Assembly (NCBI GenBank): GCA_041725915.1
Contig: JBGRPZ010000001.1
Location: forward strand, 66,198 to 130,197
DNA from: Hyphomicrobiales bacterium
GTDB taxonomy: Bacteria; Bacteroidota; Bacteroidia; Bacteroidales; JBGRPZ01
Direction of reading: 5' to 3'
Length of the DNA: 64,000 nucleotides
Part shown: in pieces, positions 9,732-20,120 of the stretch
Position numbering within the stretch: the stretch's first letter is position 1
Layout of the letters: every line of letters starts with the position of its first letter
Translations under genes and position numbers: made by a program
Notes under the pieces: generated by a model
What the model saw: only the letters and a program-made list of their open reading frames with translations
What the model was told of the DNA's origin: nothing
Databases searched by the model: none

Positions 9732-10388
9732 TTAATGACAGCAGCACTCTTTACCTTTAGCTTTTGCTAAAGACTCTCTACCTTCTTTAAAAGAAAAATA
9801 GATGACCCCAAGTGTACCCAATATATCAATATAAGGGATTCCAAATAATTCATATAAAACACTAGAGACTAGAAGTACAACAGACATATATACACAAACA
9901 AGATTACAATTAGCGTCTGCCAAAATGGGTTGAGAATTAAGTTTTTTACCAATTCTTTTCTTGAAATAAACAAGAAAGATCATTGAAAGTATAGAGATAG
10001 TAGAAATAATTATACCCCAGAATGTTGTAGTTGGTTGTGAATTGTTGATAACATTGATAACAGCTGAAATAAAGAGGATAACACACAGTACATAAAAGGC
10101 ATATCCAGTAAGTCGTAAAGCAGAAATCTCTTTTTGTCCTCTCTTAGAACAAGGGTTCATTCTTATTCTATAGATCATTATAAGAATGCCAAAAGCTGAA
10201 ATAGTTTCAATAAAGCTATCTGCCCCAAAGCCAAAAAGAGTAAGAGTTTCATCTTCTATACCAAAAAATATAGAGACTATGCCTTCAATAAAATTATATA
10301 TTATTGTAAACCATGAAAGCAGTAATGCATATTTAAATAGCTGCTGTTCATGTTTGCTTATAGAGAGTTCTTTATGATTTTTCATCAC
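9732..10388 (-). CDS. Putative cation transporter (CDF-like membrane domain only) with a C-terminal Cys cluster
   Basis: About six predicted TM helices. FGFGADSFIETIS resembles the CDF TM2 metal site. C-terminus KGKECCCH. The family call is moderate-confidence inference. Confidence 0.45.
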   Translation of the reverse strand: MMKNHKELSISKHEQQLFKYALLLSWFTIIYNFIEGIVSIFFGIEDETLTLFGFGADSFIETISAFGILIMIYRIRMNPCSKRGQKEISALRLTGYAFYVLCVILFISAVINVINNSQPTTTFWGIIISTISILSMIFLVYFKKRIGKKLNSQPILADANCNLVCVYMSVVLLVSSVLYELFGIPYIDILGTLGVIYFSFKEGRESLAKAKGKECCCH

Positions 10389-10449
10389 CTCATTTCTTTA
10401 TGCGAAAGATAATATAAAAAAGTCTGAAAGTTTATGCTTGTGTGTGTGA

Positions 10450-12894
10450 TTAATCTAAGGCATTACCTAATTTGATACCAAAGAAAATTGTTCTTGGTTG
10501 TTTAGGACCGTAAACATATCCTGCATCTCTTGAAGATCCTGAATCAAAATCATTCTGGAATTGGTTGAAGATATTCTTCATACCGGCACTTACTTCAAGA
10601 CAAGTACCTTTACTTATGTGGAAGTCATAAGCTAGTTTTAGCCCTACATCCATAAATTTAGGTGTCTTAACAAGTGTTTCTTCTGTAATTTCTTTTCCTT
10701 CATAAAATCCACCAGTAAGATGAGGAACATGCATTTCTCCTGTATAAGTTCCTGTAAGTGTAGTTGTAAAATGGTGAATTGGTTCGTAGTTCAATACAAA
10801 GTAACCATAGTTTGAAGGGGTTCTCAATATCTGTTTGCTAGTATTCTTAGGATCTTCACCCCATTCCTGAGAGTCAGAATATTCAGACTTCTGTACAGTA
10901 AATCCAAGCTGAAGATTAGCATCTTTACCCAAAGATGTTTTGAATTCAATATTAGAACCAGTTACAATAGCCTTTGATTCTGCATTGATTCTGGTCACTG
11001 TTGTCACCTTCGTTGCATCATCAAAATCAAAAGAAGGAGCAAAAGGATCTTGAAGAACAGTATAGAATCCTTCAATAATTAATTCAGAACTGCTTCCAAA
11101 CAATTTAAAATCATAATCAAAACCACCAGTAACATTATGAGAGGTTTCAGGTTTCAAGTCAGGAGAATTCTTATGAATTATAGTTCTTGCTGTTGAAGAT
11201 TCAATATGTAGATCTTCGTCAAAAATCTGTGGAAATCTAAATCCACCAGCATAACTAAGTCTCACTTGAAAATCCTCAGAAAGTTTGAAAAGAACATTGG
11301 CTCTTGGGCTTATATGCTCATATACATCTGTCTTATCAGAACTGCCTTCTCTCTTCTCATGGTCAGTAACAGCACCTCTATCATAACGTAGACCAGTCAA
11401 TAGTTTCCACCAACCAAGATCCCATTCATTTTGTACATAAGCACCTATACTATTGACAGACTGATCTGCTACTTGATTTGTAGGTCTGTACCCAGGAGCT
11501 ATTGCATCATTATAATCATAATATCCTAACTTCTTATCATTAAGCATATCATAAACATTTTCAACACCTGCTATCAAGATTGAAGGTGCAATAATTGCAT
11601 TATCAAGGTGTCTGGTATATTGACCACCTATAACAGTTGTGAGTCCATGAGTATACCCATAAGCAGAAGGATCTCTATCGGCTCCATAATAAGAATGTCT
11701 TTCTACATTTTGAGCAGAAGAATAGAGAGAATATCTGTTTTTAGAATTCTTGGAATATAAATCGTATGAGATACCTCCAGTAACGATTGTATGTTTTACT
11801 TCTTCAGCTACATCAGCCTGATCAGGCTTCTCATCGAACTTATTACCACCACGTCTATCATCATTGATGATGCTGAAGTCAACATTAAATCTACTTAAGT
11901 CATTAGGGCGATAATAAGAGTTAAGTCCTACAACAGTACTTTTAAGTTTTACGATTTCGGAGAAATCATCTTTCACCACCCTGTTATCACCATCAATATA
12001 TGTGTCATCAGGATTTGCATTATAAGGCTCTCTTTCTCTGTGTAATCCATAGATAAACATACCCCCTTTATAGTCATCAGTAACCATAGAAGTATTGAAT
12101 TTCACAGAAGCATCAATCGCTTTAAGATCAATCACATTCATTTCTGTACCTATCATATAAGTATTAGAAATAGGATCTCTTGTAATTACATTTACAGTAC
12201 CTCCAATAGCATTAGCACCATATAGAGCAGAACCTCCACCTCTAACAACTTCAACTCTATCTATCATATTTGAAGGGAACATCTCAAGTCCATAAACACC
12301 AGCCAAAGAACTAAAAACAGGTCTACTATTGATCAGGAATTGAGTATATGGGCCATCTAAGCCATTCAAACGTAATTGAGTGAAACCGCAATTCTGGCAA
12401 TCATTCTCCATTCTCAATCCAGGAACAAAGTTTAAGCCTTCTGCTAAACTTGGAGAACCTGTAGCAGAGAATAACTCAGGAGAAATTGTATTTACAATTA
12501 CAGGAGCTTCTTTTCTACTTTGTGCATAACGAGAAGCAGTAATAACAACTTCTTCAGTCTGTATAGCATCTTCTTTCAAAGAAAAATATACTTCCGTTGT
12601 TTTTCCATTTTTCAGATTTAATATTTTAATCTGAGGAGCATAACCAACAGCTGAAGCCTTTAGCTTTATAGTCCCTTCAGGAAGATTGACCAATTTAAAA
12701 TGTCCTGTACCATCTGCCGCTACTCCTATTGTTGTTCCTTCAACCATAATAGTAGCAAATGGAACATGGTTTCCGCTGACATCTTTGACATCCCCAAAAA
12801 TCATTGTATCAGAGTTATTCTTCTTTTGTGCATGAACGCCTAAAGCTATTATAGATAATAGAATAGTGCACAGTATTGACCTGCTTAATGACAT
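10450..12894 (-). CDS. TonB-dependent outer-membrane receptor
   Basis: Signal peptide, CarboxypepD_reg-like N-terminal domain, plug-domain motif DRVEVVRGGGSALYGANAIGGTVNVIT, and a long beta-barrel region (814 aa). Confidence 0.9.
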   Translation of the reverse strand: MSLSRSILCTILLSIIALGVHAQKKNNSDTMIFGDVKDVSGNHVPFATIMVEGTTIGVAADGTGHFKLVNLPEGTIKLKASAVGYAPQIKILNLKNGKTTEVYFSLKEDAIQTEEVVITASRYAQSRKEAPVIVNTISPELFSATGSPSLAEGLNFVPGLRMENDCQNCGFTQLRLNGLDGPYTQFLINSRPVFSSLAGVYGLEMFPSNMIDRVEVVRGGGSALYGANAIGGTVNVITRDPISNTYMIGTEMNVIDLKAIDASVKFNTSMVTDDYKGGMFIYGLHREREPYNANPDDTYIDGDNRVVKDDFSEIVKLKSTVVGLNSYYRPNDLSRFNVDFSIINDDRRGGNKFDEKPDQADVAEEVKHTIVTGGISYDLYSKNSKNRYSLYSSAQNVERHSYYGADRDPSAYGYTHGLTTVIGGQYTRHLDNAIIAPSILIAGVENVYDMLNDKKLGYYDYNDAIAPGYRPTNQVADQSVNSIGAYVQNEWDLGWWKLLTGLRYDRGAVTDHEKREGSSDKTDVYEHISPRANVLFKLSEDFQVRLSYAGGFRFPQIFDEDLHIESSTARTIIHKNSPDLKPETSHNVTGGFDYDFKLFGSSSELIIEGFYTVLQDPFAPSFDFDDATKVTTVTRINAESKAIVTGSNIEFKTSLGKDANLQLGFTVQKSEYSDSQEWGEDPKNTSKQILRTPSNYGYFVLNYEPIHHFTTTLTGTYTGEMHVPHLTGGFYEGKEITEETLVKTPKFMDVGLKLAYDFHISKGTCLEVSAGMKNIFNQFQNDFDSGSSRDAGYVYGPKQPRTIFFGIKLGNALD

Positions 12895-13032
12895 AACAAG
12901 TAAATATTAATATAATGTGTAAATTGATTTGTTTAAAATTGAAAATATAGCATCTAACATCCTATCATTAAAGTATACCTTCAATGACTGATAGAATGAA
13001 ATTTATTATTGATACTGTATCGTTTGGAATAT

Positions 13033-13407
13033 TTAAATTAAAGGAGGTGAAAGCCCACTATATGTGTAATAATGATCTTCATAATAGCTGTATGAGACAT
13101 AATCTGAATAATCAAAATCATATATCGAGAAAGCTATTAGAGGAGCTGAAAAAGAATCAACATGAATATAGGAAGAACTAAGATTAAAGACTTGACAATA
13201 CTCACAATTACTATGATGATGTCCTTCACTTGGACTTCTATCTGTAGAAGATGAAGAAGAGAAAGGATGTGAATGTTGAATAATTGTACCATCATCAAGG
13301 ATGTGATAATGCCAGTTAGCTGCTGCATTCCAAGATAGTAACAATACTATTGGAATGAGAAGTATTCTAATACCTGATCTTATTTTCTTTCCTACTTTTA
13401 ATGACAT
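13033..13407 (-). CDS. Hypothetical membrane-anchored His-rich protein
   Basis: N-terminal TM anchor followed by NWHYHILDDGTIIQHSHPF...EGHHHSNCEYC. Lies directly upstream of the TonB-dependent receptor on the same strand. Confidence 0.5.
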   Translation of the reverse strand: MSLKVGKKIRSGIRILLIPIVLLLSWNAAANWHYHILDDGTIIQHSHPFSSSSSTDRSPSEGHHHSNCEYCQVFNLSSSYIHVDSFSAPLIAFSIYDFDYSDYVSYSYYEDHYYTYSGLSPPLI

Positions 13408-13496
13408 TGGTTGCTTTTCTACTCTAATTCAGCATGCAAATTAATAAAAACTATCGCAAATAATAAATACCTATATGTTGGTATTTTCTTTTTTTA

Positions 13497-13975
13497 ATGA
13501 AGTAGTTTAAAAACCACTTATAACAAAAAATACAAAACACTAATAACCTACTTATTAGATTGCGGTTTAAAATTTAAAAAAGGTTTCGAAATAAGCTCTT
13601 CTTTTCTTAACACTTATTAAATATTGTAAGTGTGGTTTTTAAATCATTCCTATATATTTATATAGAAACCTAATTACATAGTATCTCCTGCATTATAAGC
13701 TGTAGATGTAGTTTCAATCTTTTCACCTTTAGTCCATAGACCTACGAGATTTATCCGCTTAACTTTTAATCTTGATTATTGATAAGACATGCTGTAGTGA
13801 CAAGATATATCTTGTTATAGCATACTTAAAAATACTGATTATAAGGTATTTCTGTAGATTAATGAAAATGTGCCAAAATACAGGAGAAAGCTATTTTTCA
13901 GCTCTGGATTTTTAAGTTAACGATTATACAAACTGAAGAAAAAACGAGTGTTTCATTTTGAAATAACTTAAGATA
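13497..13975. repeat. Dispersed non-coding element, copy A (inverted relative to copy B)
   Basis: The reverse complement aligns by eye with 23545-23790 and 24360-24565. Shared blocks include caagatatatcttgtcactacagcatgt, aaacactcgttttttcttca (exact 20-mer) and gaagtagtttaaaaac. Confidence 0.8.
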
Positions 13976-14118
13976 AAAATGAAGTAGCTATAATCCTATT
14001 TGCTGGTTAGTTTGATATTAAAAAAAGTTATCTTAAATTGCTATTATTCATATCATAGCCGTTATGAAAGAAAGTTTGCAATACGAATTTTAATTATTAT
14101 TATATATAACAATCAATT

Positions 14119-14787
14119 TTGAGATATTTTATACTTGCTACAATTCTTCTTATGTACTGTAACATAAGCTTTGGACAAAAAGAAACATATTCAATTAATG
14201 GGGTCATAAAAAACAAAAGAACAGGATTGCCCATACAGAATGCTCATGTTATCGGAAAAGGAATAATGAAGGGAACGACATCCAATAATTATGGTCAATT
14301 CAAGATGAAAGTCTATAATCCTGATACTTTATTCATCAGCTATATAGGCTTTAAAGAAACAACATATCCCATTTCCGATAGTGTGTTACAAAATCAAGTC
14401 AACATTAACATATTTCTTCAAGAAGATACTACTACCCTGAATGAAGTCAATATTTATCCTTTCCCTACTTATCATGAATTCAAGAAGCAACTTATCTACA
14501 TGGAAGACAGACCTACTCCAAAAATCAATTCTTCTATAATTGAACTATTCCCAAAACCAAAACCAAGAATGGAAATACCTGGAAAGTTTAAGTTAAAGAT
14601 GATAGCCTCCCCAATCCAAACAACATATGATCTATTCTTTGATAAGAAAATAAAGCTTGCAAGGAAGCTAAGAAAGAACAGAAAAAAGATGATGAAGTAT
14701 TATGATAAGATAGGAGCTGATAGTCTCAAAAATATTCTCCTGAATGAGCAACAAAGGCTAGACTCAGCTTTATATCTGAAACCTTAA
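14119..14787 (+). CDS. CarboxypepD_reg-like domain protein (secreted)
   Basis: Signal peptide (TTG start). YSINGVIKNKRTGLPIQNAHV...GQFKMKV...ISYIGFKE is the carboxypeptidase-regulatory-like beta-sandwich pattern. Basic C-terminal tail. Confidence 0.6.
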   Translation: MRYFILATILLMYCNISFGQKETYSINGVIKNKRTGLPIQNAHVIGKGIMKGTTSNNYGQFKMKVYNPDTLFISYIGFKETTYPISDSVLQNQVNINIFLQEDTTTLNEVNIYPFPTYHEFKKQLIYMEDRPTPKINSSIIELFPKPKPRMEIPGKFKLKMIASPIQTTYDLFFDKKIKLARKLRKNRKKMMKYYDKIGADSLKNILLNEQQRLDSALYLKP

Positions 14788-15469
14788 GCAAAGCGTCTAC
14801 ACAAGCATTTATTGTTGACCCTGTTGTCAGAATATCATCTATCAACAAAACATGTTTTCCTATAAGATGATTAGCTTCTACTAAACTAAATGCTTGATTG
14901 ACATTTTCCATTCTCTCATTTGCACTCTTTTGTGTTTGTGTGCTAGTATTCTTCTTTCTGATTAACGATATAGTATCTATTGGAACATTGATCATATCTG
15001 AAATGCCAAGAGCCAAAATGTAAGATTGATTATACCCTCTTTTTCTCTTCCGTTTATCGTGTAATGGGACAGGAATAATATATTCTGGCATATCTTTATC
15101 AAAATGCAATTTAATGGAATGTCCAAGAGCTCGGCCTAAATGCCTCCCTACATCTACTCTTCCATAGTATTTTAATCCATGAACTAACTTTTGTATCCGA
15201 CTATTTTTAGTGAAAGAATAAAGTATAAGTCCATTTTCAAATAGAATCTTACCATAAAAACAATCTTCTAAAATAGACAAACCGTTCGAATATGATATCA
15301 GAGGTAGTTTACTATTACAGGATAAACATATAACTCTTTCATTTTTATTCAATGTAGAAAAACAACAATAACATTTTTGAGGAAATAGAAAATGTGTCAA
15401 ATCTCTAAAAAAAGTTATTAACATTGTTAATAACTGTGTTAATAACTTTCTTACTCGTTCTGAATCCAT
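14726..15469 (-). CDS. ComF-family phosphoribosyltransferase-domain protein
   Basis: N-terminal FPQKCYCC...CLSC zinc-finger-like motif. C-terminal PRTase signature VLLIDDILTTGST. Confidence 0.8.
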   Translation of the reverse strand: MDSERVRKLLTQLLTMLITFFRDLTHFLFPQKCYCCFSTLNKNERVICLSCNSKLPLISYSNGLSILEDCFYGKILFENGLILYSFTKNSRIQKLVHGLKYYGRVDVGRHLGRALGHSIKLHFDKDMPEYIIPVPLHDKRKRKRGYNQSYILALGISDMINVPIDTISLIRKKNTSTQTQKSANERMENVNQAFSLVEANHLIGKHVLLIDDILTTGSTINACVDALLKVSDIKLSLAFVAHSGEYF

Positions 15470-15654
15470 TATATAACAAGGGTTTTGTAAGGTTGTTGAT
15501 TTTTAATATCTTAAGGCTAAACATACATTTCCTATTAGAAATCACATTTTAGATACCTCCATTTTATGGAATATCATAAGCCTCTAGCAACCACAAGTTA
15601 ATAATCTTTTTACTTAAAATCCAAATGACATAAAAATCAAGTATAAACTAGATA

Positions 15655-15685
15655 TAAAAAAAGCACACTCCTTTCCGGAATGTGC
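15655..15685 (-). terminator. Terminator of udk
   Basis: 9-bp stem (one mismatch) gcacactcc / ggaatgtgc, followed on the minus strand by a T-run of 7-8. Confidence 0.6.
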
Positions 15686-15708
15686 TCAACAATATAAATT
15701 TCTTTTCG

Positions 15709-16317
15709 TTAAGATAAATTCATCTTAATTCTTGAAGCCAGAATATCAATAGCTACTGTATTTGCTCCACCTTGAGGAACTATAATATCAGCAAAACGCT
15801 TCGTTGGGTCAATAAACTGAAGATGCATAGGCTTTACATAGGCCTCATAATGATTCAAGACTTCCTTGAAAGATCTTCCTCTTTCCTGAATATCTCTCTC
15901 TATAATACGCATCAGTCTATCATCAGAATCGGCATCTACATATGTCTTTATGTCAAAACGCTTGCGTAGTTCTTCGTTTGTAAGAACAAGTATCCCTTCA
16001 ACAATAATAACTTTTGTAGGCTTCATTGGTATTGTTTCACCTGCTCTCGCACAAGTAAGGTAAGAGTATATTGGAACTTTAATTTCTTCACCTCCTTTAA
16101 GCTGATCCAAATGTTTAATCAATAGATCAAACTCTATAGAATCAGGATGATCAAAGTTAATTTCCTTACGTTGCTCAGGAGTCAAATGCCCATTATCTTT
16201 ATAATATGAATCCTGAGATAAGATAGAAACTGCATCTTTTGGCAATAACTCAGCAATTTTCTTTACAACAGTAGTTTTTCCAGAACCGGAACCCCCGGCA
16301 ATTCCAATAACAAGCAT
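15709..16317 (-). CDS. udk: Uridine kinase
   Basis: P-loop GIAGGSGSGKTT at the N-terminus. 202 aa, with full-length resemblance to Udk. Confidence 0.9.
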   Translation of the reverse strand: MLVIGIAGGSGSGKTTVVKKIAELLPKDAVSILSQDSYYKDNGHLTPEQRKEINFDHPDSIEFDLLIKHLDQLKGGEEIKVPIYSYLTCARAGETIPMKPTKVIIVEGILVLTNEELRKRFDIKTYVDADSDDRLMRIIERDIQERGRSFKEVLNHYEAYVKPMHLQFIDPTKRFADIIVPQGGANTVAIDILASRIKMNLS

Positions 16318-16352
16318 AATCTATTTTATCTGTTTAGTTTTGTGAAGGTACT

Positions 16353-16381
16353 AAAAAACCAGCACCCAAAAAGAGTGCTGG
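16353..16381 (-). terminator. Terminator of the decarboxylase operon
   Basis: On the minus strand: CCAGCAC-loop-GTGCTGG followed by TTTTTT. Confidence 0.7.
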
Positions 16382-16402
16382 TAATATATGTAATTGTATT
16401 TC

Positions 16403-17716
16403 TTACATTAAGAAACTTAATAAGATACCTGCTGCAACAGCAGAGCCAATTACTCCAGATACATTTGGAGCCATAGCATGCATCAATAAGTGGTTGTTAG
16501 GATCTGATTTTAATCCTTGTTGCTGTACAACACGTGCACTATCAGGAACTGCAGAAACACCAGCAGCACCAACAAGTGGATTAAGCTTTTTATCTCCTTT
16601 CAAGAAAACATTCATAAGCTTAGCAAAAAGAAGTCCACACATTGTAGCGATAACAAATGAGAATGCTCCCATTATGAATATCTTCAAAGAATCGTATGTT
16701 AAGAATACATCTGCTTGAGTAGATGCACCAACAGTAACACCAAGAAGGATAGTTACAATATCAATCATAGAAGATCTTGCAGTTTCCGCTAAACGTCTTG
16801 TTACTCCACTTTCCTTAAGTAGGTTACCAAAGAATAGCATACCTAAAAGAGGAAGCGCACCAGGAGAAATCATACAAGTCAAAATAAGACCTATAATAGG
16901 AAAAACAATCTTTTCCAATTTTGACACCTGTCTTGGAGGAGCCATCTTTATAAGTCTTTCTTTCTTCGTAACTAACAGTCTCATAATAGGAGGCTGAATA
17001 ACTGGTACAAGTGCCATATATGAATATGCAGCAATAGCAATCGGACCAATTAAGTGAGGCGCTAACCTTGAAGATAAGAAGATCGCAGTAGGACCATCAG
17101 CACCACCAATAATACCTATAGAACCAGCTTCCTGAAGATCAAATCCTAAGTATATTGCTCCCAAGAAAGTAACGAAAATACCAACCTGAGCAGCAGCTCC
17201 TAAAAGCATTAGTCTAGGATTAGAAATCAAAGAAGAGAAATCTGTCATAGCACCTATACCTAAGAAAATCAAAGGAGGATAAATTCCCTTAGTCACTCCA
17301 TAGTATAAGTAATTCATAACAGAACCATCCTGATAGATACCAATCTGTAGATTCAGCCCTTCTGCTTGAAAGAAAGGAATGTTACCTATGATGATACCTG
17401 TTCCTATAGGAATAAGAAGTAAAGGTTCAAAATCATATTTAATAGCTAGGAATATAAATATTAGTCCCACTAATATCATAGCCATATGGCCTGTAGTAGC
17501 ATTGTTAAAACCAGAATAATTAAAGAACTTTCCAAGACCACCTAATGCAGTTAGTTGCTCATGTTGTTGTGTTCCTTGCCCTGGCCCTGCTACAGCCAAT
17601 TCAGTTGCCCCAGTATTATTATCAGCTCTTGCTTCAGAAGGATTAAAAACTGTAGAAGTAATTAATGTCAATATAAATACAAGACCTAAAACAGGTAATA
17701 ATTTTTTTAAATCCAT
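16403..17716 (-). CDS. Na+-translocating decarboxylase beta subunit (OadB/MmdB family)
   Basis: 437-aa polytopic membrane protein with the Gly/Ala-rich helices typical of OadB. Last gene of the operon with the carboxyltransferase, OadG-like and biotin-carrier genes. Confidence 0.85.
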   Translation of the reverse strand: MDLKKLLPVLGLVFILTLITSTVFNPSEARADNNTGATELAVAGPGQGTQQHEQLTALGGLGKFFNYSGFNNATTGHMAMILVGLIFIFLAIKYDFEPLLLIPIGTGIIIGNIPFFQAEGLNLQIGIYQDGSVMNYLYYGVTKGIYPPLIFLGIGAMTDFSSLISNPRLMLLGAAAQVGIFVTFLGAIYLGFDLQEAGSIGIIGGADGPTAIFLSSRLAPHLIGPIAIAAYSYMALVPVIQPPIMRLLVTKKERLIKMAPPRQVSKLEKIVFPIIGLILTCMISPGALPLLGMLFFGNLLKESGVTRRLAETARSSMIDIVTILLGVTVGASTQADVFLTYDSLKIFIMGAFSFVIATMCGLLFAKLMNVFLKGDKKLNPLVGAAGVSAVPDSARVVQQQGLKSDPNNHLLMHAMAPNVSGVIGSAVAAGILLSFLM

Positions 17717-17719
17717 TCT

Positions 17720-18154
17720 TTACTCGATTTCAAGTAAAACATCACCTTGTAAAACACTATCTCCTGTATTTACTTTTAGAGACTTAATAACCCCATCTCT
17801 ATCAACATTAAGAGTGTTTTCCATTTTCATTGCCTCATAAATCAATAGCTTATCACCCTTAGAAACAGAATCACCTTCCTTGACAAATACTGTCATTATG
17901 TTTCCAGGTAGAGGAGCTGTAACCTTAGTTACACCACCACCGCCACCACCAGAACCTTTCTGGATTTTATGAGCGTTCTTAGGAGTTGGAACAGCAGATC
18001 TTACAAGAATAGGTGTTTTCTGTTTTTTCTCAGATTTCTCTACCTCTACTTGATAAGGAGTTCCATTTACCTCAAGTTCAGCGGTACCATTATCGAAGTT
18101 TTTGATCTCTACTTCGTAATCGTTACCTCTAATTTTGAATTTGAAAGTTTTCAT
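17720..18154 (-). CDS. Biotin carboxyl carrier subunit of the decarboxylase
   Basis: Biotinylation motif EAMKMEN in a C-terminal biotinyl/lipoyl domain, preceded by a Gly-rich linker. Confidence 0.85.
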   Translation of the reverse strand: MKTFKFKIRGNDYEVEIKNFDNGTAELEVNGTPYQVEVEKSEKKQKTPILVRSAVPTPKNAHKIQKGSGGGGGGVTKVTAPLPGNIMTVFVKEGDSVSKGDKLLIYEAMKMENTLNVDRDGVIKSLKVNTGDSVLQGDVLLEIE

Positions 18155-18168
18155 TGCTTATGCTACTT

Positions 18169-18510
18169 TTATCTAGGAGATTTTCTTAAACCATATATCT
18201 TAGAACTCCAAGGAGAATAACTCTTAGGTTCCCTTTTAATAGTGATAATACCACTTTCTTCGTCATGAACTTCATCATTTAAATATAAAGCCATTCCTAT
18301 AGCAGCAGCCACATCACCAGGGATCATAAGTTCGTCCTCGGTTGCTTGATCTAGTTTTCCCTCTTTCACTAAACGCTTTCTGGTTTCTTTGTTAAGAACC
18401 TTTGAAAGGTTTGAAAAGACAAGAAACAAAAACACTAAGGCTACGAATACAATAACAATACCTACTAAGGAAATTGTCAATGCTTGATCTATATATGCGC
18501 CTGATTCCAT
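18169..18510 (-). CDS. OadG-like small membrane subunit of the decarboxylase
   Basis: 113 aa with a single N-terminal TM helix (LVGIVIVFVALVFLFLVF). The position between the carboxyltransferase and biotin carrier matches the OadG/MmdD slot. Confidence 0.65.
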   Translation of the reverse strand: MESGAYIDQALTISLVGIVIVFVALVFLFLVFSNLSKVLNKETRKRLVKEGKLDQATEDELMIPGDVAAAIGMALYLNDEVHDEESGIITIKREPKSYSPWSSKIYGLRKSPR

Positions 18511-18537
18511 AATTTTTTTTGTTTAAAGTATGAACAA

Positions 18538-20097
18538 TTATAATGGAATGTTAGAGTGTTTTTTAGGAGGATTAGTATCCTTCTTAGTCGCTAAAGCCTG
18601 AAGAGCTCTGATGATTCTGAAACGAGTATTACGCGGTTCAATAACATCATCAATATATCCGAACTTAGCAGCTTGATAAGGATTCGCAAATTTCTCACGA
18701 TAATCATCCTCTTTTTCTTTGACATACTTAGCTTTTTCTGCGTCGTCCTCGATACTTGCTACCTTACGGCCTTCAAGAACTTCGATAGCACCAGCAGGGC
18801 CCATAACTGCAATTTCTGCACCTGGCCAAGCATAGTTAATATCTCCTCTAAGCTGTTTTGAACTCATTACATCATGAGCACCACCATAAGATTTACGTAA
18901 AGTGATTGTAATCTTTGGCACAGTAGCTTCACCATAAGCAAACATTAATTTAGCTCCGTGAATGATAATTCCACCATATTCTTGTGCACTTCCAGGAAGG
19001 AAACCAGGAACATCAACAAGAGTCACGATAGGAATATTGAATGCATCACAGAATCTAACAAAACGTGCTCCCTTACGAGAAGCATTTATATCAAGTACTC
19101 CAGCTAAATACCCTGGCTGATTAGCCACAATACCTACTGACATACCATTAAATCTTGCGAAACCAACAACAATGTTTTGTGCATAATGACGGTGAACTTC
19201 AAGAAACTCGCCATTATCAACAATACCATGAATGATATCTTTTACATCATATGGTTTGTTTGGATTATCAGGGATAATCTCATTTAGACCGTCTTCAAGT
19301 CTGTCAATTGGATCATTACACTCTTCATATGGAGGATCTTCAAGGTTGTTTGCAGGAAGATAAGAAAGCAGCTTTCTGATAAGCATTAATCCTTCTTCTT
19401 CTGTCTCAGCAACAAAATGAGTTACCCCACTTTTTTGAGCATGAACCATTGGTCCACCTAAATCTTCTGTAGTGATATCCTCACCAGTTACTGTTTTAGC
19501 AACTTTAGGACCTGTAACGAACATGTAACTATTCTTCTCAGACATGATAATGAAATCTGTAAGAGCAGGAGAGTATACAGCACCGCCGGCGCAAGGACCA
19601 AAAATAGCAGAAATTTGAGGTATCACCCCTGAAGCTTCAATGTTACGTTGAAAGATCTCTGCATAACCAGCTAGTGATCTAACTCCTTCTTGGATACGAG
19701 CTCCACCAGAGTCATTAACACCTATTACAGGTGCTCCAACTTTCATTGCTTGATCCATAACTTTACAGATCTTTTGGGCGAAAGTTTCTGACAGGCTACC
19801 TCCGAAAACAGTAAAGTCTTGAGAGAAGACATATACCACACGACCGTCAATAGTACCATGACCAGTAACAACACCATCCCCCATAAAACTCTGCTTATCT
19901 AAGCCAAAGTCCGTAGTTCTGTGCGTTACAAACATGTCAAATTCTTCGAAGCTACCTTCATCAAGAAGACCTTCAACTCTTTCGCGGGCAGTAAGCTTTC
20001 CTTTCTTATGCTGTGAATCAATTCTCTTTTGACCACCACCCAAACGGGCTTCTTCCCTCTTATTTAATAAATCCTGGATCTTGTTTTCGATGGACAT
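18538..20097 (-). CDS. Methylmalonyl-CoA decarboxylase alpha subunit / acyl-CoA carboxyltransferase
   Basis: 519-aa carboxyltransferase resembling the propionyl-CoA carboxylase beta chain along its full length ([24 protein letters not shown]). Confidence 0.9.
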   Translation of the reverse strand: MSIENKIQDLLNKREEARLGGGQKRIDSQHKKGKLTARERVEGLLDEGSFEEFDMFVTHRTTDFGLDKQSFMGDGVVTGHGTIDGRVVYVFSQDFTVFGGSLSETFAQKICKVMDQAMKVGAPVIGVNDSGGARIQEGVRSLAGYAEIFQRNIEASGVIPQISAIFGPCAGGAVYSPALTDFIIMSEKNSYMFVTGPKVAKTVTGEDITTEDLGGPMVHAQKSGVTHFVAETEEEGLMLIRKLLSYLPANNLEDPPYEECNDPIDRLEDGLNEIIPDNPNKPYDVKDIIHGIVDNGEFLEVHRHYAQNIVVGFARFNGMSVGIVANQPGYLAGVLDINASRKGARFVRFCDAFNIPIVTLVDVPGFLPGSAQEYGGIIIHGAKLMFAYGEATVPKITITLRKSYGGAHDVMSSKQLRGDINYAWPGAEIAVMGPAGAIEVLEGRKVASIEDDAEKAKYVKEKEDDYREKFANPYQAAKFGYIDDVIEPRNTRFRIIRALQALATKKDTNPPKKHSNIPL

Positions 20098-20120
20098 TTT
20101 TTTGTGGATTTTACGGTCTG

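Noticed and set aside
12984-13328. ORFs 12984..13181 (+) and 13137..13328 (-) overlapping the His-rich protein gene.
   Set aside because: They are alternative-frame or antisense shadows. The 13033..13407 frame has the TM anchor and the operon position upstream of the TonB receptor, so only that one is kept, and even it is of moderate confidence.
14726-14787. 62-nt convergent overlap between the CarboxypepD_reg-like gene and comF, considered as a possible antisense regulation or frameshift signal.
   Set aside because: Both reading frames look intact up to their stops, and neither shows a frameshift signature. Convergent 3-prime overlaps of this size occur in compact genomes. Nothing further is supported.
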